This document shows, piece by piece, positions 8,632 through 18,458 of a DNA stretch of 32,682 nucleotides (its first letter is position 1; each line of letters opens with the position of its first letter). This stretch comes from an uncultured Saprospiraceae bacterium (lineage in GTDB: Bacteria; Bacteroidota; Bacteroidia; Chitinophagales; Saprospiraceae): contig CAZOLU010000002.1 of NCBI GenBank assembly GCA_964580485.1, forward strand, positions 1-32,682, in the 5' to 3' direction. A model generated the notes under the pieces. The model saw only the letters and a list, made by a program, of their open reading frames with translations, did not search any database and had not been told where the DNA came from. Made by a program: the position numbers and the translations under genes.

Positions 8632-11600
8632 ATGTCTTACAACACTATAAAGCGCTTTTTCAAAGAAGGAATAACAGATGCTAAAGGCAATAGTATTGAG
8701 CAAAAAGCAAAGCATCAGCTCAATATCACAACAGGGGCTGTTAAAACAGCCCAATTGTTCTCCATCAACTATGAATTGACTGAAGAACAGCTACAAGCTT
8801 TTGCAGAAGGTTGCATTCAGGACAAAATTACAGATGAGGTTTTGGTGAATGCTTATTTTGAACCTACAGCATATGCTTGTGCAGTGGCGGTGGCACAACT
8901 GCCTGGTGTAACAGACGATGAGGGGACTTCTGCTCAAATGGCATTGGCTGATTTTTTTAACCTGAAATTGGATGTGAACACTCAACACATCTTCTCTCAA
9001 TATATCTACTTTTTTGAGAAAGAATTGAATCAGGATCAGTTGAAATTAGTAGGAGAGCGTTTGTTGGGAAATCCGCTAATCAATCATTTTACCTATACTT
9101 ATAGAGATCTTGAATCTGAGAAAATTCAAATGGAGTATTATGTTCCTGAAGTGAAAATGGAAATTGATAATACTATTGATTTTGTTGAATTAGAGGGTTT
9201 AAGCGATGAGGAGTTATTGAATTTATCTAAAACTATGGTTCTGGCATTGAACCTAGAAGAAATGCAGGCTATCCGGGACTACTATCTAAATCCTGAAATC
9301 AAGGCTAAGCGAGAAGAAATGGGGTTGCCAGTCCATCCCACAGATTGTGAGTTAGAAGTATTAGCACAAACTTGGTCAGAACACTGTAAGCATAAAGAAT
9401 TTAATGCAATTATTCATTATAATAATAATGTAAAAGGGGAGCAAAAAACAGTAACTTCTCTTTTCAAAACATACATCAAAGGAGCTACTGATAAAGTTGC
9501 GGAGAGCCTTGCTGCAAAAGGCAATGACTGGTTGGTAAAGGTTTTCACAGATAATGCAGGGGTAGTTAAAGCAACCAAAGACAAGCTTTTTGTTTGGAAG
9601 GTGGAAACACATAATTCCCCTTCTGCTTTAGATCCTTACGGTGGGGCAATTACAGGGATTTTGGGGAATAATCGAGATCCTTTAGGAACAGGTGTTGGTG
9701 GTGCAAAGCTACTTTTCAATACCAATGTACTTTGTTTTGGACCTCCTTCTTATGACAAACCTCTACTGACGGGGCAACTACACCCACGCCGGATTATGGA
9801 AGGGGTGGTCGCTGGTATTGAGGCTGGTGGTAATAAATCAGGGGTTCCTACCGTGAATGGTTCTATTGTTTTTGATGAAAGATATAGTGGAAAACCTTTG
9901 GTGTATTGTGGCACAGGGGGTGTTTTACCTTATACTTTTAAGGGGAAAAACAGTTGGGAAAAGCCTATTGATACAGGAGATCATATCATTATGGCAGGAG
10001 GTCGTGTTGGTAAGGATGGAATCCATGGTGCTACTTTTTCTTCTATCGAAATTGATGAACATTCTCCAATGTCTGCGGTGCAAATTGGCAGTCCAATCAC
10101 TCAAAAGAAGATCTACGATTTTATGTTGATTGCTGCTGAAAAAGGTTTAATCAAAACTAGTACAGATAATGGAGCAGGTGGACTTTCCTCATCTATTGGA
10201 GAGTTGGCTGAAATCACAGGAGGTGCCATAGTTTATTTAGATAAGGTCCCTTTAAAATATGCGGGACTAAAACCTTGGGAAATATTCGTTTCTGAATCTC
10301 AAGAGCGTATGTCCCTAGTAATTGAAGAGCAAAATTTAGAAGAGCTTTTTACCTTGGCTAAATTGATGGAAGTGGAGTTGACCGATATTGGGACTTTCAC
10401 CGACTCGGGTTTCTTAGATATTCGATATGAAGATCAGCAAGTCGCCTATATCCAAATGGAGTTTTTGCATGAGGGAGTTCCCACTAAAATTATGCAGGCG
10501 GAATGGAATGATCTTGGTTTGGAAGAGCCCGAAATTGCTGATGAATTAGATTATAATGATATCCTACTTCAGCTAATGGGCAGTTTGAATATCTGTTCTC
10601 GAGAGCATGTGATTCGTCAATATGATCATGAGGTAAAAGGTAAAACGATTGTAAAACCCCTGATGGGACCTGAAGGTCGTGCTCCTCAAGATGCAGGAGT
10701 CATGCGCTTTGGCTTTGAAAGTTATGAAGGGGTAGCTATTTCTAATGGAATTTTACCCCGATATGGCGATATTGACGCCTATGAGATGTCGGCAGGTGCC
10801 TTTGATGAGGCAGTACGTCAGATTATTTCAGTAGGTGGACGTTTGCCCAACACCGAAGAAGGAGATGGCATTTTTTGGTCTATTAACGACAATTTCTGTG
10901 TTCCTGATTCTTTTTATGATGAAGTAAACAATCCTGATGGTAAAGAAAAGTTAGCCAAATTGGTGCAAATGTGTGAAGCTTTGTATGATATGGCTACCTT
11001 TTTTGATATTCCATTAACTTCAGGAAAAGATAGTATGAAGAATGATTTCAAAGCCGATGGTCAAAAGATTTCTATTCCTCCAACTATTCTTTACTCTATG
11101 ACTTCCAAGTTGGATGATGTTCGCCAAACGGTGACTTCTGAGTTTAAAATGCCTGGAGATCTCATCTATCAATTAGGAGAAACTTATGATGAATTAGGTG
11201 CTTCTGAATTCTATAATCTTTGGAATGTTTTAGGTGCTAATGTACCTAAAGTGCGTAAAGAAGCAGCAAAAGAACTTTACCTCAAAGTGATGGAAGCCAA
11301 TAGACAGGGATTGATTGCTTCTAGTCATGATCTTTCTGATGGGGGACTAGCCGTAGCTTTGGCAGAAGCTGCTTTGGGAGGAATTTTAGGAGCTGAGGTA
11401 GAGCTAGACCAATTGTCGGATCTAGACACTGTTGTTCGTTTATTCTCCGAATCTCATTCTCGCTTTGTAGTGTCAATCGCTCCTGAAAATAAAGAAGCTT
11501 TTGAAGCTTTGATGGGAGAACGTGCTACATTCCTTGGAACAGTAACTGAAAACCCTACTCTTATTATCAAAGAAGAGGGAGAAACACTGATTCAATTGAA

Positions 11601-11646
11601 GAACGAGAAATTGCAGACTGCTTGGAATGAAGGTCTTGGATTCTAA
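8632..11646 (+). CDS. purL: FGAM synthase synthetase subunit PurL with N-terminal tandem PurS-like domains
   Basis: QTWSEHCKHK, KVETHNSPS, DNGAGG, SESQERM, SGKDSM, HDLSDGG, LFSES; N-terminal PGVTDDEG...LLGNPLI. Confidence 0.95.
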   Translation: MSYNTIKRFFKEGITDAKGNSIEQKAKHQLNITTGAVKTAQLFSINYELTEEQLQAFAEGCIQDKITDEVLVNAYFEPTAYACAVAVAQLPGVTDDEGTSAQMALADFFNLKLDVNTQHIFSQYIYFFEKELNQDQLKLVGERLLGNPLINHFTYTYRDLESEKIQMEYYVPEVKMEIDNTIDFVELEGLSDEELLNLSKTMVLALNLEEMQAIRDYYLNPEIKAKREEMGLPVHPTDCELEVLAQTWSEHCKHKEFNAIIHYNNNVKGEQKTVTSLFKTYIKGATDKVAESLAAKGNDWLVKVFTDNAGVVKATKDKLFVWKVETHNSPSALDPYGGAITGILGNNRDPLGTGVGGAKLLFNTNVLCFGPPSYDKPLLTGQLHPRRIMEGVVAGIEAGGNKSGVPTVNGSIVFDERYSGKPLVYCGTGGVLPYTFKGKNSWEKPIDTGDHIIMAGGRVGKDGIHGATFSSIEIDEHSPMSAVQIGSPITQKKIYDFMLIAAEKGLIKTSTDNGAGGLSSSIGELAEITGGAIVYLDKVPLKYAGLKPWEIFVSESQERMSLVIEEQNLEELFTLAKLMEVELTDIGTFTDSGFLDIRYEDQQVAYIQMEFLHEGVPTKIMQAEWNDLGLEEPEIADELDYNDILLQLMGSLNICSREHVIRQYDHEVKGKTIVKPLMGPEGRAPQDAGVMRFGFESYEGVAISNGILPRYGDIDAYEMSAGAFDEAVRQIISVGGRLPNTEEGDGIFWSINDNFCVPDSFYDEVNNPDGKEKLAKLVQMCEALYDMATFFDIPLTSGKDSMKNDFKADGQKISIPPTILYSMTSKLDDVRQTVTSEFKMPGDLIYQLGETYDELGASEFYNLWNVLGANVPKVRKEAAKELYLKVMEANRQGLIASSHDLSDGGLAVALAEAALGGILGAEVELDQLSDLDTVVRLFSESHSRFVVSIAPENKEAFEALMGERATFLGTVTENPTLIIKEEGETLIQLKNEKLQTAWNEGLGF

Positions 11647-11678
11647 GCTTATTCAATTAAAATTATCAAATCAATATA

Positions 11679-12509
11679 ATGGTCAAAGTATTAGTATTAA
11701 CTGGATTTGGCATCAATTGCGAAGAGGAAACTGCAGCCGCTTACAAAATGGCTGGAGCTGAGGCTGATATTGTACACTTCAATCAAGTTTTAGTGAATGG
11801 TTATTCTATTCATCAATATGATATCCTGCATTTTCCTGGTGGCTTCTCTTTTGGAGATGATCTATCTTCTGGGAAAGTGATGGCCAATAAAATCCGTTAT
11901 AAAAAACTACCTTCAGGAAAAACCCTTTTGGAAGAAATTAAGCAGTTTTTGAATGAGGGGAAATATATCATGGGGATTTGTAATGGTTTCCAAATGTTGG
12001 TACGTTTGGGACTTTTACCTAATAGCAATCTCCGTTTTGAGCAACAAGCTAGCCTAGCTCACAATGATTCAGCTAAATATGAAGATCGCTGGGTATATTG
12101 CAAAGTAAATAAAATGTCAGACACTCCCTTTTTGAAAGGAATTGATATCTTCCCTGTTCCAGTTCGTCATGGGGAAGGAAAATTGGTTTTTGGAAATGAT
12201 ACCATGCGTCAAATTGTAAAAACCAAAGCACTCAATTGCTTGACCTACTGTTTAGAGGATGGAACAGAAGTTTCTGAATACCCCAAAAATCCCAATGGGT
12301 CTGAATTAAACTGTGCTGGTCTTTGTGATCCTACAGGACAAGTTTTTGGACTAATGCCTCACCCTGAAGCCTTCCTCAGTTTATACAATCATCCCAATTG
12401 GGGACAAATTAAACGTAAAAATCCCAATGTTTCAGAAGAAGGAGAAGGTCTAAAAATCTTCAAAAACATCGTTCAGCATGTGGCTGAGCAAAAAACGATT
12501 GAAGCTTAA
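11679..12509 (+). CDS. purQ: FGAM synthase glutaminase subunit
   Basis: GINCEEET, PGGFSFGD, GICNGFQ, GLMPHPE. Confidence 0.96.
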   Translation: MVKVLVLTGFGINCEEETAAAYKMAGAEADIVHFNQVLVNGYSIHQYDILHFPGGFSFGDDLSSGKVMANKIRYKKLPSGKTLLEEIKQFLNEGKYIMGICNGFQMLVRLGLLPNSNLRFEQQASLAHNDSAKYEDRWVYCKVNKMSDTPFLKGIDIFPVPVRHGEGKLVFGNDTMRQIVKTKALNCLTYCLEDGTEVSEYPKNPNGSELNCAGLCDPTGQVFGLMPHPEAFLSLYNHPNWGQIKRKNPNVSEEGEGLKIFKNIVQHVAEQKTIEA

Positions 12510-12513
12510 AAGC

Positions 12514-12555
12514 ACGTTGCACGTGCAACGTTTAACGTGAAACTTTAAACGTTTG
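12514..12555. repeat. Heptad array 2 (six 7-mers) between purQ and purH
   Basis: acgttgc acgtgca acgttta acgtgaa actttaa acgtttg; 18-bp palindrome at 12514-12531. Confidence 0.75.
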
Positions 12556-12596
12556 AATTAGAAATAAATCTAAAAATCAATATAAATCGAACTTTC

Positions 12597-14213
12597 ATGA
12601 GTCTTGTACCTATTCGTCGCGCTTTATTAAGTGTTTCTGACAAAGCAGGAATTGAAGCTTTAGCCCAAGCCTTGGTCGCCCAAAATTGTGAAATCATCTC
12701 TACAGGAGGCACGCGCAAAAAATTGGAAGAAGCTGGAATTGCTACTACGGAAATTTCAACTGTTACTGGTAATCCAGAAGCTTTTGGTGGTCGCATGAAA
12801 ACCATCTCTTTCAATATTGAATCTGCTCTACTTTTTGATCGTGATCGTGATGCTGAAGAAGCAAAATCTTTGGGTATTGAAGCTATTGATTTGGTGGTTT
12901 GTAATCTCTACCCATTCAAAAAAGTGATGGATGCTGGTGCTGATTTTGAAACTTTGATTGAAAATATTGATATAGGAGGACCAACAATGGTGCGCTCTGC
13001 TGCTAAAAACTTTAAGCATGTGGCGGTGGTAGTAGATCCTGCTGATTATGCTGAATTAACCGCAGAATTAGAAGCTAATAATGGTGCATTAAGCTATGAA
13101 TTTCGCCAAAGGTTGATGACCAAAGCCTTCAACCACAGCGCCGATTATGATGCAATGATTGCCATGGCAATGGACAAAGAAGTTGGAACGCAGTCTCTTC
13201 GACTCAACTTTAAAGAAGGTAAAACACTTCGTTATGGCGAAAATAGCCACCAAGCGGCTAGTTACTACCGCGAAGTGACCGAAAACCCTTCTCTAGCAGA
13301 TATGAAAGTCTTACATGGCAAAGCACTTTCATTCAACAATATCTTAGATATTCATGGTGCACTAGAAGCCATCAAAGGCAGCAAGGCAATTGCTTGTTCA
13401 GTGGTAAAGCACAATAATCCTTGTGGTTTAGCAGAGGGAGATGATCAACGCAAGGTTATGGAATTGGCTTGGGCTGGAGATCCCATTTCTGCTTTTGGTT
13501 CTATCATTGCCTTCAATACAGATCTTAAATTAGAAACGGTCAAATTCTTTGATCTAGATCATGAGGATCGTAGCAAACGAAAATTTGTTGAGGTAGTCAT
13601 TGCTCCTAAAATTGAAGCAGATGCATTAGCCTACCTCCAAAAACACAAAAACTTGCGTGTAATTGAGCTGGATGTTAATATTTTGGATTACAATAAAGAT
13701 TACCGCTATTTGAATGGTAGCCTACTTGCCCAAGATACAGATGAGGTTTTGTATGATAAAATGGAGTCTGTTACTGCAAAAGAATTTGATGCAGAAGGAC
13801 ACAAAAACCTAGTAGAATTTGGGCTTCGTGCTATTCGCAGCATCAAATCCAACTCTATTGTATTGGTTCGCCAACATGGTAACTGCATGCAATTATTGGG
13901 AATGGGAGCAGGACAACCCAATCGCTTGATTGCAACTAAATTATCCATCGAAAAAGCTAAAGAAAACTTAGACCGCGAATTGGGTGCAGAGGCTATCGCA
14001 GCACAGGCTTATTATGAACGTGAATTGGGGAGTGCAGTGATGATTTCTGACGCATTTTTCCCTTTTGCAGATAATGTAGAGCTTGCTGCCGCTGAAGGTA
14101 TCCGCCAAATTGTGCAGCCAGGTGGCTCTATTCGTGATAAACAAGTCATTGAAGCTTGTGATAAATTGGGAGTAAGTATGTTGTTTACTGGAATTCGTCA
14201 CTTCAAACACTAA
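12597..14213 (+). CDS. purH: Bifunctional AICAR transformylase / IMP cyclohydrolase
   Basis: RALLSVSDK, STGGT, ENIDIGGP, LRYGENSHQ, KHNNPCG, SDAFFPF, QPGGS, RHFKH. Confidence 0.98.
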   Translation: MSLVPIRRALLSVSDKAGIEALAQALVAQNCEIISTGGTRKKLEEAGIATTEISTVTGNPEAFGGRMKTISFNIESALLFDRDRDAEEAKSLGIEAIDLVVCNLYPFKKVMDAGADFETLIENIDIGGPTMVRSAAKNFKHVAVVVDPADYAELTAELEANNGALSYEFRQRLMTKAFNHSADYDAMIAMAMDKEVGTQSLRLNFKEGKTLRYGENSHQAASYYREVTENPSLADMKVLHGKALSFNNILDIHGALEAIKGSKAIACSVVKHNNPCGLAEGDDQRKVMELAWAGDPISAFGSIIAFNTDLKLETVKFFDLDHEDRSKRKFVEVVIAPKIEADALAYLQKHKNLRVIELDVNILDYNKDYRYLNGSLLAQDTDEVLYDKMESVTAKEFDAEGHKNLVEFGLRAIRSIKSNSIVLVRQHGNCMQLLGMGAGQPNRLIATKLSIEKAKENLDRELGAEAIAAQAYYERELGSAVMISDAFFPFADNVELAAAEGIRQIVQPGGSIRDKQVIEACDKLGVSMLFTGIRHFKH

Positions 14214-14218
14214 TTCAA

Positions 14219-15166
14219 ATGAATTGCATTACAAAATTAGAGACCAGCAGCAACAAACTGGAGTTTTTGCATCGTGGAAAAGTGCGCGACAGCCTTCGTG
14301 TAGATGAAAATACGCGTTTGATTGTGGTAACTGATCGTATTTCTGCTTTTAATAAGAAAATCAAAACACCGATTCCCAACAAAGGAGCGGTTTTGAATGG
14401 AATTGCCAACTTTTGGTTCGAACAAACTCAACACATTATTCCAAATCATGTGATTAAAGTGATTGATCCTAACCTGATGTTGGTGAAGGAAGCTGAACCC
14501 ATCCGTGTAGAAATGGTGGTGCGTGGATATTTAACAGGATCTATGTGGAGAGCTTATGAAGGAGGGCAAAGAGAATTCAACAATGGGCAGATTTTTATTC
14601 ATAATGGAATGCAAAAAAATCAAGGTTTTTTAGTTCCACTTATTACTCCTACCACAAAAGATGAGGATGACACACCTATTTCTCCCAAAGAAATCGTTGA
14701 TTCTGGTTTAGTTTCTGAGGAAATTTGGAATCAGATGCAAGCAAAAGCACTAGAAATCTTCAATTTTGGATCAAAATACCTAGCAAAAAAAGGAATCATC
14801 TTGGTAGACACCAAATATGAGTTTGGGTTGTTGGATGGGGAATTGATTTTAATTGATGAAATCCACACACCTGATTCTTCTCGTTTTTGGCGAATGTCTG
14901 ATTATGAAACAAATTCTGAAACAGCAGAGCAAATTGATAAAGAATTTGTGCGTCAGTGGATGTTGGCGAACAAAGTGGATGGTAAAGTGCCTTTAGTTTT
15001 AGCTCCTGAAGTGATTGAGGAAACCACCCATCGTTATGAGGAAATTTATGAAATGGTAACAGGAAGTAAATTGGCGGTACCTGCAACTGATTTAGAAGAA
15101 AGAATTCGTCAAAACCTAGTAACAGAAGGACTTTTAGCAGAAAATGATTCATTAGAAATAGCTTAA
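14219..15166 (+). CDS. purC: SAICAR synthetase (long type)
   Basis: GKVRD, TDRISAF, VVRGYLTGS, VDTKYEFG, DEIHTPDSSRFW. Confidence 0.97.
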   Translation: MNCITKLETSSNKLEFLHRGKVRDSLRVDENTRLIVVTDRISAFNKKIKTPIPNKGAVLNGIANFWFEQTQHIIPNHVIKVIDPNLMLVKEAEPIRVEMVVRGYLTGSMWRAYEGGQREFNNGQIFIHNGMQKNQGFLVPLITPTTKDEDDTPISPKEIVDSGLVSEEIWNQMQAKALEIFNFGSKYLAKKGIILVDTKYEFGLLDGELILIDEIHTPDSSRFWRMSDYETNSETAEQIDKEFVRQWMLANKVDGKVPLVLAPEVIEETTHRYEEIYEMVTGSKLAVPATDLEERIRQNLVTEGLLAENDSLEIA

Positions 15167-15177
15167 TAATAAAGAAA

Positions 15178-16539
15178 ATGGGACTATACAAAGCAGTATC
15201 CCCTCTAGACGGGCGTTATGCCTCCAAATTACCCAATCATGGAAACTATTTTTCAGAATATGCCTTGATGTATTATCGCTGTAAAATGGAATTGCTCTAT
15301 GTTTTAGCTCTGGACAAAACAGGACTTTTTGAGCCTTTGAATGACACTGAAAAAGCCAATATCCAAGATTGTATTGACAATTTTACAGAAGCTGATTACA
15401 ATCGTATTAAGGAGATTGAAGCTGTTACTAAACATGATGTAAAAGCCTGTGAGATCTTCCTACGCGAGCGCACACAATTGCGTAATGTGCACCTTCTACA
15501 CTTTGCTTTGACCTCTGAAGATGCCAATAACCTAGCCTATACCTTCATGTTGAAGGATTATCTAGAACAGGAGCAACTACCTCAAATCAAAGCTTTGTTG
15601 GAAAAGTTGATGGAATTAGCAGAACAGTGGAAAACAGTCCCTTTCCCCTCAAAAACACATGGTCAAAAGGCTTCTCCTAGTACAGCAGGTAAAGAATTAG
15701 CTGTATTTGTCAATCGAATTGCGCGTATTTACAAGGAGTTGATAAATTTCCGTTTTTATGGAAAATTAGGTGGTGCCGTAGGCAACTATTCTGCGATGAT
15801 GGCAGCCTTTCCAGATTTTGATTGGTTGACCTTCTGTCATCAGTTTATGAAAGATCAGGATATTGAACCCAATATTGCCACTACCCAAATTGAGGATCAT
15901 GACACTTGGGCGGCTTATTTTGACTATACTCGTCGTCTGAATAACATCATTATGGATTTGGATGTAGATTGTTGGTTGTACATCTCTTATGAATTGTTCT
16001 TTGAGAAATCTCAAGCTAATGAGGTAGGGTCTTCTACTATGCCACATAAGGTAAATCCTATCAACTTTGAGAATAGTGAAGGGAATTTGATGTTGGCGAA
16101 TGGTTTACTCACTGTTCTATCTGACAAATTGTGTCGCTCTCGTATGCAACGTGACCTTTCTGATTCTACCGTAGAACGCAATATGGGAACAGCTTTGGGA
16201 TATTCTTATATTGCAATCGTAGAAACGATGCGTGGATTGAATAAACTTCAGCTTAATGAGGCCAAATGTATTGAGGAGTTGAACAATAGTCCTGAGCTTT
16301 TGGCAGAACCAATTCAAACGGTACTAAAAACGGTGGGAGTTGATGATCCCTACACCTTGCTCAAACAAGCCTCTCGTGGTAAAAAACCAACTAAGGAGTC
16401 TCTGGTAGAATTGGTCAATAGTTTGGGTATTCCTCAAGAGGTAAAGGATTATTGCAATAAAATGGAAGCTGTGGACTATGTGGGGGATGCTGTACGCATT
16501 TGCGATTTAGTGCTTGCAGCAACCAAAGCAATTCTTTAA
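15178..16539 (+). CDS. purB: Adenylosuccinate lyase
   Basis: SPLDGRY, THGQKASP, fumarate-lyase signature SSTMPHKVNPINFENSEG, SRMQRDLSDS. Confidence 0.97.
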   Translation: MGLYKAVSPLDGRYASKLPNHGNYFSEYALMYYRCKMELLYVLALDKTGLFEPLNDTEKANIQDCIDNFTEADYNRIKEIEAVTKHDVKACEIFLRERTQLRNVHLLHFALTSEDANNLAYTFMLKDYLEQEQLPQIKALLEKLMELAEQWKTVPFPSKTHGQKASPSTAGKELAVFVNRIARIYKELINFRFYGKLGGAVGNYSAMMAAFPDFDWLTFCHQFMKDQDIEPNIATTQIEDHDTWAAYFDYTRRLNNIIMDLDVDCWLYISYELFFEKSQANEVGSSTMPHKVNPINFENSEGNLMLANGLLTVLSDKLCRSRMQRDLSDSTVERNMGTALGYSYIAIVETMRGLNKLQLNEAKCIEELNNSPELLAEPIQTVLKTVGVDDPYTLLKQASRGKKPTKESLVELVNSLGIPQEVKDYCNKMEAVDYVGDAVRICDLVLAATKAIL

Positions 16540-16547
16540 AGCAGGGC

Positions 16548-16610
16548 ACGTTGCACGTGCAACGTTACACTTGTCAAGTGCTAAATGAAACTTTAAACGT
16601 TTAACGTTAA
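16548..16610. repeat. Heptad array 3 (nine 7-mers) between purB and purD
   Basis: acgttgc acgtgca acgttac acttgtc aagtgct aaatgaa actttaa acgttta acgttaa. Confidence 0.75.
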
Positions 16611-16623
16611 AAATATCACTCAA

Positions 16624-17868
16624 ATGAATATTGCCGTTTTGGGCTCTGGAGGTCGCGAGCACGCTATTTCTTGGAAATTTGCTCAAAAATGGGGTTGGGA
16701 TCATGTTTTTACCCTTCCTGGAAATGGAGGAATTCCAAATTCTCATATTGTAGACATCAATAACTTTGAAGCAGTTCGTGAATTTTGTGAAGACTATGCG
16801 ATTGAGTTGATTTTTGTGGGGCCTGAGACCCCTCTTGCAGCAGGCATTGTCAACTACTTTAGAGAAAATACCCAAATTAAAATATTTGGTCCTGATAAAA
16901 CTGCTGCTCAACTTGAAGGCTCTAAAATCTTCGCCAAAGAGTTTATGAAAAAACATGGAGTTGCCACAGCAGACTTCCAATCTTTCCAATCTTTAGAAGG
17001 AGCTAAAGTATATGCTCAAAGCAAGAACGGAAACTTAGTCATCAAATATGATGGCTTAGCAGCAGGTAAAGGGGTTTTTGTATGCGATAATATGGAGGAT
17101 GTTGAAAATGCTTTGGCAGAATTAGAAGAAAAATATGGATCAGAATTTCCATTTTTGATGGAAGATAAAATTGTGGGCAAAGAAATTTCGATCATTGGTT
17201 TTACGGATGGTCAGGATATCCGCCTCCTACTTCCTTCGCAAGATCATAAACAGTTGATGGAAGGAGATATTGGCCCAAATACTGGCGGTATGGGCGCATT
17301 TTGTCCTGTTCCTTTTTATAATGAAGAATTGAAAAAGGCTATTCAGAAGAATGCTATTATCCCAACCTTGAATGGTTTAAAAGCTGAGGGTTTTGATTAT
17401 AAAGGAGTGATTTATTTTGGATTGATGATTGGAGAAAATGGACCTGAAGTTTTGGAATACAATGTCCGGCTTGGAGATCCAGAAACAGAAGTCATTTTAC
17501 CTTCCCTCAAAACAGACTTATCTGATCTAGTTTTAGCTTGTTTAGATGGTTCTCTTTCGAATCTAGACTTGGAATTTAATGAAGGTTACTTTGTAGATGT
17601 AGTGATGGTTTCAGGAGGATATCCAAAAGCTTATCAAAAAGGGTTTCCAATCCATGGTTTAGATCAGGTGGATGATGATACTATTGTTTTCCATGCTGGA
17701 ACAAAGTCGGAAGATGGAGTCATCAAAACCAATGGTGGCCGGGTTTTAAATGTCGTAACTCAAGCTCCAACATTGGAAGAAGCCATTCAAAATACATATA
17801 CAGAAGTCGCAAAAATTAGCTTTGAAGGGCATTTTTATCGCAAAGATATTGGTCGAAGACAAAATTAG
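16624..17868 (+). CDS. purD: Phosphoribosylamine-glycine ligase
   Basis: GSGGREHA, LEGSK, GLAAGKGV, QDHK, GPNTGGMG, RLGDPE, TNGGRVL. Confidence 0.98.
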   Translation: MNIAVLGSGGREHAISWKFAQKWGWDHVFTLPGNGGIPNSHIVDINNFEAVREFCEDYAIELIFVGPETPLAAGIVNYFRENTQIKIFGPDKTAAQLEGSKIFAKEFMKKHGVATADFQSFQSLEGAKVYAQSKNGNLVIKYDGLAAGKGVFVCDNMEDVENALAELEEKYGSEFPFLMEDKIVGKEISIIGFTDGQDIRLLLPSQDHKQLMEGDIGPNTGGMGAFCPVPFYNEELKKAIQKNAIIPTLNGLKAEGFDYKGVIYFGLMIGENGPEVLEYNVRLGDPETEVILPSLKTDLSDLVLACLDGSLSNLDLEFNEGYFVDVVMVSGGYPKAYQKGFPIHGLDQVDDDTIVFHAGTKSEDGVIKTNGGRVLNVVTQAPTLEEAIQNTYTEVAKISFEGHFYRKDIGRRQN

Positions 17869-17871
17869 ACT

Positions 17872-18438
17872 ATGAAAAATATAGCTATTTTCATCTCAGG
17901 AAGAGGCAGTAATATGAAAGCCATTGTAGAATCTTGTGAAAATGGAATTCTAAAGGGAAATGCAAAACCTATTTTAGTTTTTTCCAATAAAACTACTGCT
18001 CCTGGTTTGGAATATGCAAAAACAAAAGGCATTCCAACAGAAGTGATCTCCTCCAAGGGAAAAAAAAGAGTAGATTTTGATCAAGAAGTATTAGAACTAC
18101 TCAAAAGCTATACTCCTGATTATATTGTTTTAGCTGGCTATATGCGCATCCTAAGTCCAGCATTTACACAAGCTTATCCAAAACGAATCATTAACATTCA
18201 CCCAGCAGATACTCTAGTACACCAAGGCTTAAATGCATATCAATGGGCTTTTGACAATCAGTTGAAGCAAACCAAAATTACAGTGCATTATGTAGATGAA
18301 GGTTTGGATACAGGACAAATTATTGATCAAGCTACAGTAAATTTGGAGGGTGCAACGTCTTTAGAGGAAGTGGAGCAAAGAGGATTGGAGGTAGAGCACC
18401 AGTTTTATAGTCAAGCACTAAAAAAAGTTTTTGAATAG
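17872..18438 (+). CDS. purN: Phosphoribosylglycinamide formyltransferase
   Basis: ISGRGSNM, LAGYMRIL, INIHP, TVHYVDEGLDTG. Confidence 0.95.
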   Translation: MKNIAIFISGRGSNMKAIVESCENGILKGNAKPILVFSNKTTAPGLEYAKTKGIPTEVISSKGKKRVDFDQEVLELLKSYTPDYIVLAGYMRILSPAFTQAYPKRIINIHPADTLVHQGLNAYQWAFDNQLKQTKITVHYVDEGLDTGQIIDQATVNLEGATSLEEVEQRGLEVEHQFYSQALKKVFE

Positions 18439-18458
18439 ATTTAAACTCGTATATAAAT

